DNA of 64,000 bases from Terriglobia bacterium (lineage in GTDB: Bacteria; Acidobacteriota; Terriglobia; 2-12-FULL-54-10): the NCBI GenBank assembly GCA_963666975.2, contig CAXVYR010000004.1, forward strand, positions 736,001-800,000, written 5' to 3'. Below, piece by piece: positions 62,836-64,000 of this stretch. Made by a program: the position numbers and the translations under genes. How positions within the stretch are numbered: position 1 is the first letter of the stretch; every line of letters begins with the position of its first letter. The notes below the pieces were generated by a model. The model saw nothing but the letters and a program-made list of their open reading frames with translations. It did no database searches and had not been told where the DNA came from.

Positions 62836-63588
62836 TCATCCGCCGCTCACTTCCTGCAATTCGCGCTCGTCAAAATCAAAATTGGAGTAGACGTGCTGCA
62901 CGTCTTCGTGCTCTTCCAACGCCTCCACCATCCGGAGCATCTGCTGCGCCTCTTTTCCCGCCAGCTTCACAACAGTTTGGGGCAGCATGGTGACTTCGGC
63001 GGAGGAAACTTCGATCTTGGATTCTTTCAAGGACTGCACCACGAGGTCCAGAGCCGCCGGCGGGCAAACAATTTCCCAATGCTCCCCGTCGTCGCGTAAA
63101 TCCTCGGCTCCGGCGTCCAGCACCGTGTTCATCAATTGCTCTTCGGTGGCGCTGGGCTTGGGCACCGTGACCGAACCCCTCTTGCTGAACATCCAGGCGA
63201 CGCATCCCGCCTCGCCGAGGTTGCCGCCGTTGCGGCCAAACATGTGGCGGATTTCCGAGACGGTCCTGTTGCGATTGTCCGTGGCGACCTCGACGATGAT
63301 GGCCACCCCGTGACATCCGTAGCCCTCATAGGTGATCTCTTCGTAGGTGACGCCCGGCAACTCGCCCGTGCCGCGTTGGATGGCCTTTTTGATGTTGTCG
63401 CCCGGCATATTTTCCGCCTTGGCGGCGGTCACCGCCGTGCGCAGCCGGGGATTGCCTTCCGGGTCGCCGCCGCCCGCGCGCGCAGCTACGGTAACTTCCT
63501 TAATCAGGCGGGTGAAGGCCTTGCCCCGCCGGGAGTCGGTGATCGCTTTCTTGTGCTTGATCGAAGCCCATTTGGAATGGCCAGACAT
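62836..63588 (-). CDS. yebC: YebC/PmpR family protein
   Basis: MSGHSKWASIKHKK, YEGYG, TDNRNRT, DVQHVYSN; conserved synteny with ruvC. Confidence 0.97.
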   Translation of the reverse strand: MSGHSKWASIKHKKAITDSRRGKAFTRLIKEVTVAARAGGGDPEGNPRLRTAVTAAKAENMPGDNIKKAIQRGTGELPGVTYEEITYEGYGCHGVAIIVEVATDNRNRTVSEIRHMFGRNGGNLGEAGCVAWMFSKRGSVTVPKPSATEEQLMNTVLDAGAEDLRDDGEHWEIVCPPAALDLVVQSLKESKIEVSSAEVTMLPQTVVKLAGKEAQQMLRMVEALEEHEDVQHVYSNFDFDERELQEVSGG

Positions 63589-64000
63589 CAGTTCCTCACT
63601 CGCTAAAGGGCATCATCCCTTGAGTCAATCTCGACCTCTGCCGGAAGGCTTCCCAGGAAGGGGATGAGTCCCAATAAGTCCTGGAAAATCCTAACATATG
63701 CGTTTCTCTGGAGGCAAGTTGCAGAGGGGCGGGAGTGTGGGTCAGTTGGAAGCAGAAGAGGCCTTATCATGCGAACTGATCCACACCGCAATCGTGGGGG
63801 TGCCTGTAATCAGAGCCGCGCCTGTCCCGAGCCATGCCCCGAGCGGAGTCGAGGGGGCAGTCGAGGGAACAGCAATGGCGCGGTTTCGTAGCCACCGCCC
63901 GCCATGGCGGTTTAGGCGGGCCGGCCTGAACTAGAGTTGGGCACACTTTTCAAGGGCTTCCGGCTTACAGTTGCGGTAACCTAAGGAGTGAGATGACTGT

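Overview
This window is most likely from an Acidobacteria genome: it has Oar-like TonB-dependent receptors and an NHL-repeat protein ending in a Solibacter-type (TIGR03437-like) domain. Positions ~1-53.6 kb form an IS-riddled accessory region. It holds IS3-family, IS256, IS5 and IS1380 copies, MITEs, and a phage remnant (small terminase, lambda-like cos site, tRNA-Phe att fragment). Its main cargo is a co-oriented family of about ten Sec-exported YtcJ/Amidohydro_3-like amidohydrolase paralogs: 7 intact, 1 shattered by four IS insertions, 2 fragments. These are interleaved with two TonB-dependent receptors (one behind a consensus sigma54 promoter), a DUF5916 outer-membrane protein, a secreted M29/NicX-like protein and a cytochrome c. 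There is also a partly duplicated module of atypical 3-hydroxyanthranilate-dioxygenase-like proteins, a Rieske ferredoxin and a TAXI-like binding protein. From ~54 kb the sequence looks like core genome: SSS symporter, NHL/BACON protein, ruvC, yebC. The best candidate for an undescribed system is the diversified periplasmic amidohydrolase array with its TBDR uptake and split-cupin/Rieske partners. All family calls are from motif recognition by eye, not database searches.
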